Shown here: piece by piece, positions 12,685-26,511 of the stretch
Numbering within the stretch: the stretch's first letter is position 1
How the letters are laid out: every line of letters starts with the position of its first letter
Source: Octopus vulgaris
Taxonomy: Eukaryota
Length of the DNA: 64,000 nt
Direction: 5' to 3'
Assembly: GCA_951406725.2 (NCBI GenBank)
Contig: OX597819.1
Coordinates: 70,618,001-70,682,000 of the forward strand
Position numbers and translations under genes: made by a program
Notes under the pieces: generated by a model
What the model was told of the DNA's origin: nothing
The model's input: the letters and a program-made list of their open reading frames with translations, nothing else
Databases searched by the model: none

Positions 12685-13525
12685 TACAACGGGCTTCTTC
12701 CAGTTTCCATCTACCAAATCCACTCACAAGGTTTTGGTCGGCCTGAGGCTATAGTAGAAGACACTTGCCCAATTTGCTAAGCAGTGGGACTGAACTCAGA
12801 ACCATGAGGTTGGTAAGCAAGCTTCTTACCATACAGCCACTCCTGTGCCAAGGCAAAAATAATCAATTCCAAGGTTGCAGCTGTTTACAGCAATGAGTTA
12901 CATTGGCCATAGTAATTGATTACAGATAATTAGATTTAGTAATTGGAAGCCAAGTATCTTGAGTTTGGATACAGTATAGTGGCTTGATATGAATTGATTA
13001 TGTCTCAATTGAATTAATACTTATTGATTTAAATATCCAGAGTTCATGGATGATATAAATAAAGTAAAATGGTGTCAACCAAGAACGAAATTTCTCTCAG
13101 AGTTCACCAACCAGCGGTGAATATAATATAATTTATCAGCACAAGTGTGTCTTTGTGGTAAGAACTTTGCTTCCCAACCACCTGAATCTGAGTTCAGTCC
13201 TACTGTGTGGCATTTTGGGCAAGTGTCTTTTACTATAGGCCTGGACCAACCAATGCCTAGTGAGTGGATTTTCTGAAATAAGGCTGTCGTGTGTGTATGT
13301 GTGTGTGTTACTGTCTCTTTGCTTTGACATCATATGCAAGCGGTACCCTTTGTTTCCAATATTTTGTGAAAACATTTCTAGTGATGGGAAAATATTACCT
13401 TGTTTAGAAAGAGATGAGGTTTGGAGACAGGGAAAGCATCCAGCCATAGTAAACCTGCCTAAATGAATTCTGTTTGACCCATGCAAGCATAAGAAAGTTG
13501 ATGCTAAAACAATGATGATGATGAA
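12685..13525. mobile_element. Inverted pair of family B SINEs (12685-12848 on -, 13140-13525 on +)
   Basis: The same head sequence in opposite orientations, ~300 bp apart. Confidence 0.7.
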
Positions 13526-13739
13526 TTTTATTTAAGTAAGCCATATTCAGCCAAAATACAGAATACTGTCTGCTTTATTTTCAAATTAGACAGATCCAGC
13601 CTCTCACACCTACCCTACAATGTCATTCTAAAACTAAACAATCATATCATCAAAATCTTCAAGCTAGAAGAATGCATGATTAATTCAAAACAATATGAAT
13701 ATTATTTATTCACATTTGACAGAGTAATCTGAATGTTAA

Positions 13740-14903
<1,164 letters not shown>

Positions 14904-14953
14904 CGTCCATGATATATTTATCTGAAAAGCGTCATTTTCTCTATTATTCTACG

Positions 14954-14959
14954 AATAAA
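14954..14959 (+). terminator. Candidate polyadenylation signal of alpha-tubulin
   Basis: AATAAA 50 nt downstream of the stop codon. Confidence 0.55.
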
Positions 14960-15082
14960 ATAATTTCAACCTCCAAACCTGTTTTATTTTATCCATTTTC
15001 TAAATCTGCTGAAATATCGGAGCATCTTATAGGTAAAAGGTTCTTATATTCATAACAATGTCTTTCAGTATAAAAATAGTTT

Positions 15083-15277
15083 CTATATTTAAGAGATGAG
15101 GAATTATTTACATTATTTACATTTGATGGATATTTGTCCTCACCTTGTTTGTTGTAAACACATTTCAGCTGATATACCCTCCAGCCTTCATCAGGTGTCT
15201 TGGGGAAATTTCGAACCTGGGTTCTCATTCCTAAGGTATTTTTCGATGTTGTTGTTATTATTATTATTATTATTATT
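15083..15277 (-). mobile_element. Hammerhead-bearing repeat fragment
   Basis: Minus strand reads acac CTGATGA A GGCTG gagggtatat CAGCT GAAA tgtgt; other copies at ~12594-12672 and 26255-26432. Confidence 0.65.
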
Positions 15278-15509
15278 AATATTAACGTCCATGATATATT
15301 TATGTGAAAAGCGTCATTTTCTCTATTATTCTACGAATTAAATAATTTCAACCTCTAAACCTGTTTTATTTTATCCATTTTCTAAATCTTCTGAAATATT
15401 GGAGCATCTTATAGGTAAAAAGGTTCTTATATTCATAACAGTATCTTTCAGTAAATAATGTAAAAATAGTTTGTTTCAGAAAAGAGGGAAAATTTTACAA
15501 TAAATTTAA

Positions 15510-15682
15510 CCCTTTTCATACCAACCCATTTGAGACTAACTCCTAGTTCTTGTTTTAAAGTGAGTTATATTAAAACCTTCCATCAAAATTCCATATTAAT
15601 TTCTATTTCAAACACCATTTTAATGAATTACTATTCTTTATTATTATTATTGTCACAGCCTGGAAATATAATAAGAAAAGGG
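15510..15682. mobile_element. piggyBac-like MITE
   Basis: TTAA|CCCTTTTC ... GAAAAGGG|TTAA; partial second copy at ~16065-16222. Confidence 0.55.
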
Positions 15683-16249
15683 TTAAGGCTCAGATATTTA
15701 ACTGGTTAGTAAGCCTTGCGCCCTTAACCACTATGCCACATGCCTGTGGTTGTTATAATTAATAATAAATTGGTTATACATCTACATTACACAAAATATT
15801 CTAACATATTTTTTCATACAATTCTTAATAATGTTGAATTATCAAAACAACGTTTTTTTTTTAGACATTAAATGGTTATGAGGGTCCAGCAGAGTAAAGA
15901 AGAATCAAAGGGGTCTATAGGCAAAAAATGACGGACCTCTGCTTTAGGCTTTTACTACAAAAAGTTCTTTGAAGCAATTATATATTAATTCCAATGCAAT
16001 ATTTTAACCCTTAGAATGTTGCCTAAACATCAGTATCTTCATAATTTTACATACAATCACATTTATACCAAAATTCCATATTAATTGATATTTCAAACAC
16101 CATCTCAATGAAAAATGTTTTTTACTAAATTCTTTATTATCCTCAAAATTAATTGAAACAAAGTCAGTCTATTTCAACGGAAATATAATAAGAAAAGTGT
16201 TAAGGCTCAGATATTTAACTGAAATTACTAAGCTTGCTTTAGACTATGT

Positions 16250-18245
16250 AAGATTGTCCCCTCTACATTTAGCCCCTTGTGGGCAATAAAGAAATAAGAA
16301 ACGTTAGCACGCCAGGCGAAATGCTTAGCGGCATTTCGTCTGCCTTTACAGTCTGAGTTGAAATTCCGCTGAGGTCGACTTTGCCTTATATCCCTTTGGG
16401 GTCGATAAATTAAGTACCAGTTGCATACTGGGTCAATCTAATCGACTGGCCCCCTCCCCCCAAATTTCGGGCCTTGTACTTAGAGTAGAAAAGAATACAT
16501 TTGGTCTCCTTTTCTTAGCAAAAACAGGCATATTCTAGACTTCATCAAAAAATTAAGAAAAAAAAGGTTATTTGCCTTTTTAAACTAGATTTCACATACC
16601 CATCCACTTTAACAACTTCTTATCTCTTCAAACCCAATTACAAAGGCCTTTGCTTATCTACAGCAGCTGATTGTATACCAGCTGATCCTAATCCTGTTAA
16701 CTCCACTCGTCTATCTATTATGCTCTTATGGAACACTTTTGTTCAATTTTCCTACTTAGAAGTAAAAGCCTCTGGATTCTTTTTCCCATCAGAATTCTTT
16801 CTTTCAATTGTCTGTGCAAGAATTTGAAGTAAACTCTAAACCCATTCACTTATACAGTTACCTCTATCGTGAGTTTTGGGAGGACCTAACAAGAAAACGT
16901 GCATCGACCGTTATTTTTGTAAGAACTTTTAAAGAAAGAGACAGCAGGGAAGAGGAACAAGAGAAAGAGCAATGGAGGGGGGACAGAAAACAGTATGAAC
17001 AAATAAAAGATGGGGAGAGAGGGAGACCAACAGAAAAGAAAGAAAGAAAGAAGAAGAAGAAGAAAAAAAGGAAGAAGAAGAAGAAGACAATAACGACGAA
17101 GGCTGAAATAACAACGAAGTGAAAAGAAGTTGTCGTCTGCTTGCCAAGAATAGCAGACGACAGGAAGAAAATGAGAGTTATAGCTGAAAGGTAAAAATCG
17201 ATGGAGAAAAGAAAAAATGAAAAATAAAGAAAAAGTTTACCGGAAATTAAATTGTAGTCTGTACACACACACACATACGTAGGTGTGTGTGTGCATGAGT
17301 GTATATATTACTATTTAGCAAAAATAACAGAGTAACTGTTTCTTCTGCTAAATGTCATTTTAATATACTCATATTTTGAGTTCTATTTTTCCAGTTTGGA
17401 TATAAAATCAACTCTACCCTCTTTTCCAAATTTGTGGCATGTGGCGAGCTGGCAGAATCGTTAGCACGCCGGGCGAAATGCTTACCGGTATTTCTCCAGT
17501 TGCTTACGTTCTGAGTTCAAGTTCCGCCGAGGTCGACTTTCCCTTTCATCTTTTCGGGGTCGATAAATTAAGTAGCAGTTGAGTACTGGGTCGATGGTAT
17601 CGACTAGTTCTCTCTCCCCAAATTTCAGCCCTTCTGCCGATAGTAGAAAAGATTATTAGTAACCATTATTGATATTGTATCGATTTTAGCATATCAGCAA
17701 TAATTTGCCAAGTGGCAAAATCGTTAGAGCGTCGGAAAGATTGCCTTGTGGTAATAGTTCCAGCTCCTTGCTCTCAGAGTTTAAATCCTAGTGAGATGAA
17801 CTTTGCCTTTCCTTCTTTCGGGACCCTTTCTCCATAGGCTTTTCTAAGTTTTGTATCTTCTGGAAGAGAATCGACTGAGATAAGACTTGCAAAGAGATGG
17901 GTCTGCTATGTCTAAAGCTGTCCATGACGTGATATACGTCATATCATCACCTTTATTATCTCATCAAGGAATTTAGGGCCCAAGTCAAGGTAAGGCAATT
18001 TAGGGTTCAGAAAGAGAGAGGCATGGCAAAGACGAGACCATGATGGAATTTGAAGATAGGAGGTCGAAGAACGAAATCACTAAATTCCGTCATCCCCCAA
18101 ATTCCGCTGATATCGGCTTTGCTTTTCATCCTTTCGGGGTCGATTAAATAAGTACCAATTACCAATTGGGGTCGATGTAATCGACTTAATCCCTTTGTCC
18201 TTGTTTCTCCCCTCTATGTTTAGTCCTTTGAGGGCAATAAATAAA
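16250..18245 (+). mobile_element. Family A SINE copies (~16250-16495, 17443-17655, 18080-18245)
   Basis: Conserved gtcgacttt.cctttcatc.tttcggggtcgataaattaagtaccag body. Confidence 0.75.
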
Positions 18246-19175
18246 TAAATAGTCATCCCCCCTCTCTGTCCGTCCATTCTCTCCCTTTTTTCTCCCTCTG
18301 TTCTTTCTCTTTCCTCCCACTATCACTATTCTCCTTTTCTTCCCCTCTCTTTTCCTCCCTTCCTTTCTTTTTGTTGTCTCTGCTCTCTCTCTCTCTCTTT
18401 CTCGCTTTTCTTTTTCTCTGTCTCCTCTCTTTTGCTCTTTCTCATGTTCTATCTTACCCTCCACACTTTCTCTTTTCCTTCTCTCTCCTTCGTTCCACCC
18501 TCTCTTTCTTTTACTCTCTCCCCCGCTCTCTTTCTCTCTCCGCTTTCATTCTGTCTCCATCCTCCCTCCCACTCTTTCTTTCGTCTCTACTTTATCAAAA
18601 TATCTGACAACAAAGATGGAAGACAAACTGAAAACGTTTCCAGAGTTTACGAGAGAATATATATACAAAAAAGAAGAAGAAATAATCGAAGAAACACATG
18701 AAATTCTCACTGAAAATGATGTTTCTCTCTGTATCAAAAATATTTCAATGATTTATATAACACTAAAATAGAAATTAAACAAGTAAATAATAAAATACAA
18801 CTTACCTTACGCAACGGATTAAGATTAGATTAAGGAACACATCCATAACAGTTCATTGTTAATGTTTAATCGCGGGTTAGGTGTTAATCCAGCAGAATAA
18901 TGGTCTAAGCCGTTCCAGGCATGACTATCATCTCTTGCTATTTTCAGACATAGTATATCAAGATTACATTATCCAATGTGTACTTAACTCGTTAAGTCGG
19001 TAAAATATGTGATAAAAAAGAGATTTGGCTGTTATTTCTAGCTGGCCGACACATACATACATACATACAGTTTTGGGTATTTCACCGACAGTATTTCCTC
19101 ATATCTTTCAAATAACAATTTTGAAACAAGTAGATGGATATTATGTTAATGAAAATTAAAAAAGAAAATAACCAG

Positions 19176-19373
19176 AAGTGTTGAAAAGTTCCTGGCTTTA
19201 AGGGTGTCGCGAAAGGCCTGGTTGGAAGCCCACCCCCACGAATTTTTTTTTTTACAGGGCTTAGAAAAACTGAAGGATCACTACAATAAATGTGGAGTAT
19301 GATGAATAAAATCATAATTAACTGATCCTCCTGTATTTTTTTTTAACCCAAAGCCAGGAACTTTTCAGCATCC
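19176..19373. mobile_element. Mariner-derived MITE
   Basis: TIRs tgttgaaaagttcctggcttt / aaagccaggaacttttcagca. Confidence 0.7.
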
Positions 19374-19821
19374 CAGCACCCCATCGTACATGGTGGACAT
19401 CTGATTTTAGCTCAGAAAACAATCCAATAACTTGCTCCCGATATCTAAACATCATACAAGAAAATATTGATGGCATCATCTCAATTGGTATTATTCATTA
19501 CAAACATGGAATTGGAAGACGCATTTAAACAAAGTTCAGTTTTCTTTCTGTGTGTTATAATACAAATTCCAAAGTATTGAGCCTTAATATTTTTGACCCG
19601 AGGAAGCGAAGTCGGAGGACACCAAACTGTACTTAGGCATTATATACATACATACATACGTATGTATATTTGTTTTTTATGTTGTGTTAAAATAATTTAA
19701 CATGAAACTGAAGAGAATTACTTAATACTTTTCGAAGGGTTCATATTTATATCCTTTTACAAGCAGTAAGGAGACAGTGACTTCGTTAGACCTCACCCCT
19801 CTTCTTGTAAAAGTATATATA

Positions 19822-19940
19822 TATTGCGAGGATGATCCGGTTCTTGACTGAAGATTGAAGGCTTCGAATGTCCCGTCCGTGTTTTTTGTATCGTCTTCTA
19901 AATGTTTTGCGTTCTTGTCCCAGTTTGTATTTTTTTACAT
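19822..19940. repeat. Dispersed repeat in (TA)n (PLE-like fragment)
   Basis: Near-identical to ~56113-56230 (ggatgatccggttcttgactgaagattgaaggcttcgaatgtcccgtcc...). Confidence 0.7.
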
Positions 19941-20756
19941 ATATATATATAAAGAGCGTGTGTTTGTGTGATGTAGGGAGTATAGAGATGTATTAAATAA
20001 AATCTACCGTCTAACAATCCATGTTCGTCGTGTACGGCTTCTCAAACTGTTAGGCGTGATATTATAACGTTGCTAGGATACGAGGCGGTATCCAAGGGAG
20101 GTAACTTTTGCAAAGAGAAAAATATGAAGAAAATATCCGATTTCCCACTTTGACACACATTTTGGTGGGATGATGGTGCGTTTAAATTGATTCTTTTAAC
20201 ATTTATTTTATCGACCCAGAAAGATAAAAGATTAATTTTAAAAATCAGTCTTGGCAGAATTTGAAAACTAGAGGGTTACAAAATATTATAACTCGTCGTT
20301 ATACCGATTCTGTCCCATGATACATATTTTTAGCAAGCAGACAAAATTTCTAGAAGATATTTAACTTTTTAACTTTTATTAACTTTAGTCAGAGGCTGTA
20401 GTAACGCTGGGATTCCACCTTTATTGTGACTGGTTTTGATTTCTCGGCTTTCTCCCCGGAATTATTTCTGGTGAAGTAGCAGGTTGAACAGAGCTATTTT
20501 TCTGTGTTTCCTACTGCTATGTGGGTTCATCTGGTACTTCAGATAGAAATTCGAAAATGTTCTTCGAAAATATTCACATCTACACTGCGTAAATCTCTGT
20601 GGTTCTTTGGTAGAGTGTTGAAAAGTTGTAGGTTTTTAAATTTGTAAAGTGTCAATGACAAGCAAACCTGTGGTTCCCACTTTTATGTTTTTGCCGAGGA
20701 GTTGTAGTTAACCTGAGTGCTGTATATAATAAACTCATTATTAGTATAATTTTTAA

Positions 20757-22145
20757 GGCGGTGAGCTGGCAGAAATGTTAGCACGCCGGGCGAAATGCGT
20801 AGCCGTGTTTCGTCTGCCATTACGTTTTGAGTTCAAATTCCGCCGAGGTCGACTTTGCCTTTCATCCTTTCGGGGTCGATAAATTAAGTATCAGTTACGC
20901 ACTGGGGTCGATGTAATCGACTTAATAAGTTTGTCTGTCCTTGTTTAGCACCTTGTGGGCAATAAAGAAATAAGAATCGGTATCACGTTGGGCAAAATTC
21001 TTTTGTGGCATTTCATCCATCTTCATATTCTATGTCCAAAATTCGGCTGAGGTCGACTTTACCTTTTGCCCTTTCAGGAAATAAATACCAGTTGAGTACT
21101 GGAGTCGATGCAATCGACATCCACCTATCCCGAAATTGCTGGCCTTGTATCAAAGTTTGAAACTATTGTTACTATAATTAAGTATTCAAGAATACCCATT
21201 CTCCACAGCAGAAGTGTCAGGGCCACTACCCCCAGGTGAAGAGGACTGGCCTGCAAGGGTTGTGTGCTGATACCACATAAAAAGCGCTCTTGCTGGTGCC
21301 ATGTAAAAGTGCTCGTGACAATGGCACATTAAAAGCACCCAGCAAACACTGTAAAAGTGGTTGGCATTAGAAAGAGCACCTGCACTTTCTGTAACCGATG
21401 TAACTCAATGGCCAGGGCCTGGTACTTTACTACTATTATTATTATTATTAAGGTGGCGAGCTGGCAGGAGCATTAGCACACCGGGCAAAATGCTTAGGGG
21501 TATTTCATCTGTCTTTACGTTCTGAGTTCAAATTCCGATGAGGTTTGTCTTTCATCCTCATAGGGTCGATAAATTAGGTACCAGTCGTGTACTCGGGTTG
21601 ATCTAATCGACTGGCCCCCTCCTCCAAAATTTTGGGCCTAGAGTAGAAAATTGATTAAAATCCTTGCCACAAATTTCAGGCCTTCAGCTTTTAGTACAAA
21701 GAATTTTAATTAATAAGGTGGTGAGCAGGCAGAATCTTTAGTACACTGGGCAAAATGCTTAGAGGAATTTCATCTGTCTTTAAATTCTGCTGAGGTCAAC
21801 TTTGCGTTTCATCCTTTCAGGGTCGATAAACTAAGAATCAGTAAAGTACTGGGGTTGATGTAATTGACTTACCCTCTCACCAAAATTGCTGGCCTCGTGC
21901 TAAAATTTGAAACCATTATTATAATTATTATGGCAGTGAGCTACTAGAATCGTTAGCCCTCAAGGCAAAATGCTTAGCGACATTTCATCTGTCTTTACAA
22001 TCTAAGTTCAGATTCCACCAAGGTTAACGTTGCCTTTCAACCTTTTGGGGGGTCAATAAAAGAAGTACAAGTTGAACACTGAGGTCAATGTAATTAACTT
22101 GCTTCCTCCCTTGAAATTGCCGGCCTTGCGCCAAAATTTTAAATC
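20757..22145 (+). mobile_element. Cluster of about five family A SINEs
   Basis: Repeated ggcggtgagctggcagaa heads at ~20757, 21451, 21716 and 21931, plus a partial copy at ~20975. Confidence 0.8.
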
Positions 22146-22677
22146 AATATAATTACCATTGAACTTCATTAATGGAAAAAACTTTCAGAAGCAGAGGCAA
22201 TATTGAAATAACATTCCACACATTTTTCTCTTCTAAGACCCCCAAGGAATCAGAAACCTGGGGAGAATGTTATTGCTAACGAGGGTGATTATAATTTGAA
22301 TGAATAAATAAATGCAGGCATGGATGTGTGGTAAGAAGTTTGCTTCCCGACCATGTGGATCCAGGTTCAGTCTCACTGCATGACACCTTGGGCAAGTATC
22401 TCCTACTACAGGCGTGGGCTGATCGAACCTTTGTGAACAGATTTGGTTCCTGGAAACTGAAAAAAGCCTGTCACACACATATATATATATATATATATGC
22501 ACTTCAGCAATGTAACTACACGTGTACCGTTGGCAACTTCTTCTCCATCTTTGGACTTTTCTCTTTCACCTTTCAGATAAAGAGCTATGCTCGAATCCCC
22601 AAACTGTCTCCTTTCACCAACCGTTAAGCTGATACATTTCTTGTGCACATCCTCACATTTATTTTTTTATTTGAATT

Positions 22678-22713
<36 letters not shown>

Positions 22714-23176
22714 CGATGGCCCAGTGGTTAGGGCAATGAGGCAGCCTCCTGTCAAACTCTCCGACCCAAGCAAGCATGGAAAACAGAGGTTCAATGATGA
22801 TGATGATAATATACATACATACATGAAGTTACTTTGCTTGGAAACAGGTGAAGGTTGGTGACAGGAAGGGCATCCAGCTGTAAAAAATCTGCCTCAACAA
22901 ATTCTGTCCAACCCATGCAAACATGGAAAAGTGGGCAATAAAACGATGATGATGCTCACACACACATATAAGCATTTAAGAAATAATTGAGTACATTCTT
23001 CAACAAATAAAATTTATTTAGAGTTAGATTATTGTTGAATAAATAACATCTTTTAATATATAATAATACCATCACAGATCATTTATAAATGGCTAACAGT
23101 AATATTTAACTTACAAACAAGTGACAAAACATAAAATAAAATCGATTACATGTCATATTTACTTTTGTTTAAGTGA

Positions 23177-23495
23177 AGGCGTATGGTGTAGTGGTTAGGG
23201 TATAGCTCATGATTGTATGGCTGTGGGTTCAATGCCTGGCAGAGATGTACCCTTGTGCAAGCCACTATATTTCACATTGCCCAACTCCACTCAGCTGGCA
23301 AAAAGGAGTTGTACCTGTAATTCACAAGGGGCTGGCCTTGTCACATTCTGTGTCATGCTGAATCTTCCCGAGTGCTATGTTAAGGGTATGCATGTTTGTG
23401 GAGTACTCAGCCACGTACATGTTAATTTCACTAGCAGGCTGTTCTGTTGATCAGATCAACTGGAACACTTGTCATCGTAACCGGTGGAGTGTCAG
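23177..23495 (+). mobile_element. tRNA-derived SINE with the family D2 tail
   Basis: A box tggtgtagtgg and B box ggttcaatgcc; tail gttgtacctgtaattcac...ggagtg is shared with 59685-59875. Confidence 0.7.
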
Positions 23496-23625
23496 CTCTT
23501 TTTGTGTGTATGAACCACACCATTTTATACTTAATTTTAACTGAATAAACTGGGCTGCAACTTATACATGGGGCAAAGCTTAAACTTCAAAGTAAAAAAT
23601 TTGTATCGAGATTTAACACAAAATT

Positions 23626-24066
23626 AGGAGTGTAACTCCTTGCAGATGAGTACCATCTTGTTGGTTGCAGGGCTTGTGTGTCTCCATGACCATGTGGGCT
23701 ATGCTGGTGGGAGATTTGTCTCCTGGTAGGGCCACCCAAGCCAGACAGGTCGAAGGATAGAGACCAGATGAAGAGCATTCAACTGGCCTTCCAAGTTGGG
23801 GGTTTAGCATTGAGCTAACAACCTGGTCTAGTAATAAAAAACACACCTGTTACAGAAACCACAACAGCACTCCCAAACGATATGGTCGAAGAAGAGTCCT
23901 CTCTGGTAGAGTGCATGACGTGAGCTGGTAAAAGCCTTCGGGAAGCCAGGGATACAGGCATCCAGCAACAGGACCTCCGTAATGTTATGATGGACCGTGA
24001 AGTCTGGCGTAGCATAGTAAATTCCATTGTCTCAACCACGGTCGAACAATGACGAATGATGATGAA
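23626..24066 (+). mobile_element. Bipartite non-autonomous RTE derivative (5' UTR-like part plus 3' end)
   Basis: 23946-24066 matches the 3' ends of the RTE copies at 32217 and 50106; the upstream part resembles an RTE 5' UTR with no ORF. Confidence 0.6.
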
Positions 24067-24562
24067 GCCAGTGTACCAATAACTTTTCTGACAACCAAGA
24101 ATGAAACCAGGAACATCCTTGGTGCAGGAATGTTGACACAGAGGTGAGGGCAGCCAGAATGGCGTAGGTCAAGCTGATGAGGATCCCCTAGAACCGCGTC
24201 TGTTGGAAAAATGTTGTTGCGGTCCTATGTTCCCTGAGGAATCAAGATACCTAAGAGAAGAGAGAGGGGCATAACTTATACACAAGTAAATACAGTAAAT
24301 AATTTAGTATAACCTGCATGGAATAATGATATCTATCTGGACCATTTATAGAAATACTTTTGACTTTTTCCAGATGAAAAAAAAAATCATTTCAATTATA
24401 AAAAAAGTTTCTGTTAAATTGATTTCAATGTCTCTTTTCTTTCTTAACAAAACAAACTCAATTTTAGAAAAGTTTCTTCTAAAATCCTTCAAACAGTTTA
24501 TCAAATGGTGCAATTTTAATGAGTACATATTTACATATTGATAAAAAAAAAGTCATTTCAAT

Positions 24563-24876
24563 CTAGATTTCTCTGTTTTCAATATCAACAGACTCTTCAT
24601 TACTATTATTTTCTACTTGATTCGTTAGTTCGTCAGCCTGTAATAAGGTAATTAGTTCTTCAGTGGAGAGAGCTTGTCGTTCAGGGCAGAATTTCCTTTG
24701 GAAATAGGATTGAAAATTATCATCATCTAAAGCATTAGCATCATCAAATTCTAAGGAACCACCTTCTTCGAGAAAATTTTTCATAATATCTGCTTTCTTC
24801 AGTGCCAATTCCTTGATGATGTCTTTTGATGTTGGCTCTTTTTGGCCTTCTAACTTGATCTGTTGTAATCGTCGAT
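24563..24876 (-). CDS. CCDC32: CCDC32 (C15orf57)-like protein, last coding exon
   Basis: Polypyrimidine tract and ctag|AT CGA CGA; encodes NRRLQQIKLEGQKEPTSKDIIKELALKKADIMKNFLEE...QRKFCPERQALSTEELITLLQADEL...EI*, matching the CCDC32 motifs TSKDML..L and P...A.S.EE. Confidence 0.85.
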
Positions 24877-25278
24877 CTAGGCAAAAAGAAAAAAAAAAAA
24901 GATGAAAATACTAGGTCTAATATTTATATCTAATTTATTATATTTTACGTGATTCAGTCATTGGACTGTGGCCATACTGGGGCATTGCCCTGAAGGGTTT
25001 AGGGACCTTTTCAGTTTGGCTGCCAGTTTTCAATCTCTTCAGTTCCTCCTCAAATTGATTTCATATCTTGTGTAATGATATGGCTTTATATGCTAATCAC
25101 CGCTTTGAAATTCATTTACATGATAAATTAATAAATAAAGAGTTATTAGCTTTTAAAGTTTGAAAATTTTGGGTAATTTTAGCCAATTGGAAGCCACAGA
25201 CACATTCATGCTGGTTTCCATAGTAATAGGCCAAACTTAACAACTCTTTTGTTAGCGGGATAGCATGTTGACAAATAC

Positions 25279-25860
25279 CTATTTCTTTACTACCCACAAG
25301 GGGCTACACACAGATGGGACAAACAAGGACAGACAGACGGATTAAGTCGATTATATCGACCTCACTGCGTAGCTAGTACTTAATTTATCGATCCCGAAAG
25401 GATGAAAGGCAAAGTCGACCTCGGCGGTATTTGAACTCAGAACACAGCAGCAGACGAAATACTGCTAAGCATTTCATCTGGCGTGCTAACGATTCTGCCA
25501 GCTCACCGCCACCATCATGTCATCATCATGGATTAGACAGTTTGACTGAGGACTAGTGAGCCAGAAGGCTGCCCTTCCTAATGCCAACCACTCCGAGAGT
25601 GTAGTGGGTGCTTTTACGTGCCACCGGCACAAGGGCCAGTCAGGTGGTTCTGGCAACAACCACACTCAAAAGGTGTTTTTTACATGCTACCTGCATAGGA
25701 GCCAGTCCAGTGGCACTGGCAACGACTACGCTCGAATGTTGTTTTACATGTGCCACCGGCACATGTGCTGGTAAGGTGACGCTAGCAATGATTATGCTTG
25801 AATGGTACTTTTTATGTGCCACCGGCATGGGAGCCAATCAGGAGGTACTGTCATCGGCCA
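25279..25860 (-). mobile_element. Family A SINE (25279-25510) plus family C / RTE-tail element (25510-25860)
   Basis: Standard SINE A body, followed by gcccttcctaatgccaaccactccgagag and tandem ttttacgtgccaccggcac units. Confidence 0.75.
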
Positions 25861-26254
25861 TATCAGTGATTTTGATTTGATTTCACTTGCCTCAATAGGC
25901 CTTTGCAAGCAAAGTTTATTGTCCAGAAAAGCATGTGCATCGATGTTGTGTTCTGCTGCTAAAATATGCTAAAAATAACAGCTAAATAGACCTTAAATCA
26001 TGCTCACTGCCTTTGCCAATTTTTTTTCTCAGTTTTTGCATAATTGTATGAATTCCCAAGTGCAGAATACAAATTCACAAAAATTTTCTGAAAATTAAAA
26101 AATATAAAGAAGTTATGAGGGGTTATATGTCATGCATAAAGCAAAAGTTGATTTATATACAGTTCCATATTAAAACATGTCATACACAAGATGACAGCTT
26201 CCAAATCATGTTTTCTGATTGGGTGAAAATGATCAAACTTTAAACTTCTATAAC

Positions 26255-26432
26255 TTACATTATTTACATTTGACGGATATTTGTCCATTTGTCCTCATCA
26301 GGTGTCTTGGGGAAATTTCGAACTTGGGTTCTCATTCCTAAGGTATTTTTCAATATTATTATTATCATTATCATTATTATTCAGGTCACTGCCTGGAATC
26401 AAACTCGGAATCTTGGGGCTAGTAACCCATGC
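26255..26432 (-). mobile_element. tRNA-like-headed repeat with hammerhead-family tail (deleted copy)
   Basis: Minus strand: B-box-like GAGTTTGATTCC, (AAT)n, then the same tail as 15083-15277 with an internal deletion. Confidence 0.6.
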
Positions 26433-26511
26433 TTGTACACAGTGCTATTGAATCAAGGGTTTTATCTAAGGTCTTTAAATAAAACCCTTGATTCAATAGC
26501 ACTGTGTACAA
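26433..26511. repeat. Perfect 33-bp-arm hairpin
   Basis: ttgtacacagtgctattgaatcaagggttttat / ataaaacccttgattcaatagcactgtgtacaa with a 13-nt loop. Confidence 0.9.

Noticed and set aside
18795-18860. Strong minus-strand donor (AAG|GTAAGT) suggesting another exon
   Set aside because: No recognisable coding content or partner exon; cannot be supported without transcript data.
19848-19873. CTGAAGA..GAAG/CTTC..GAATGTC as a hammerhead (also at ~56138)
   Set aside because: It lacks GAAA and a convincing stem I, so it was not counted among the ribozyme-like motifs.
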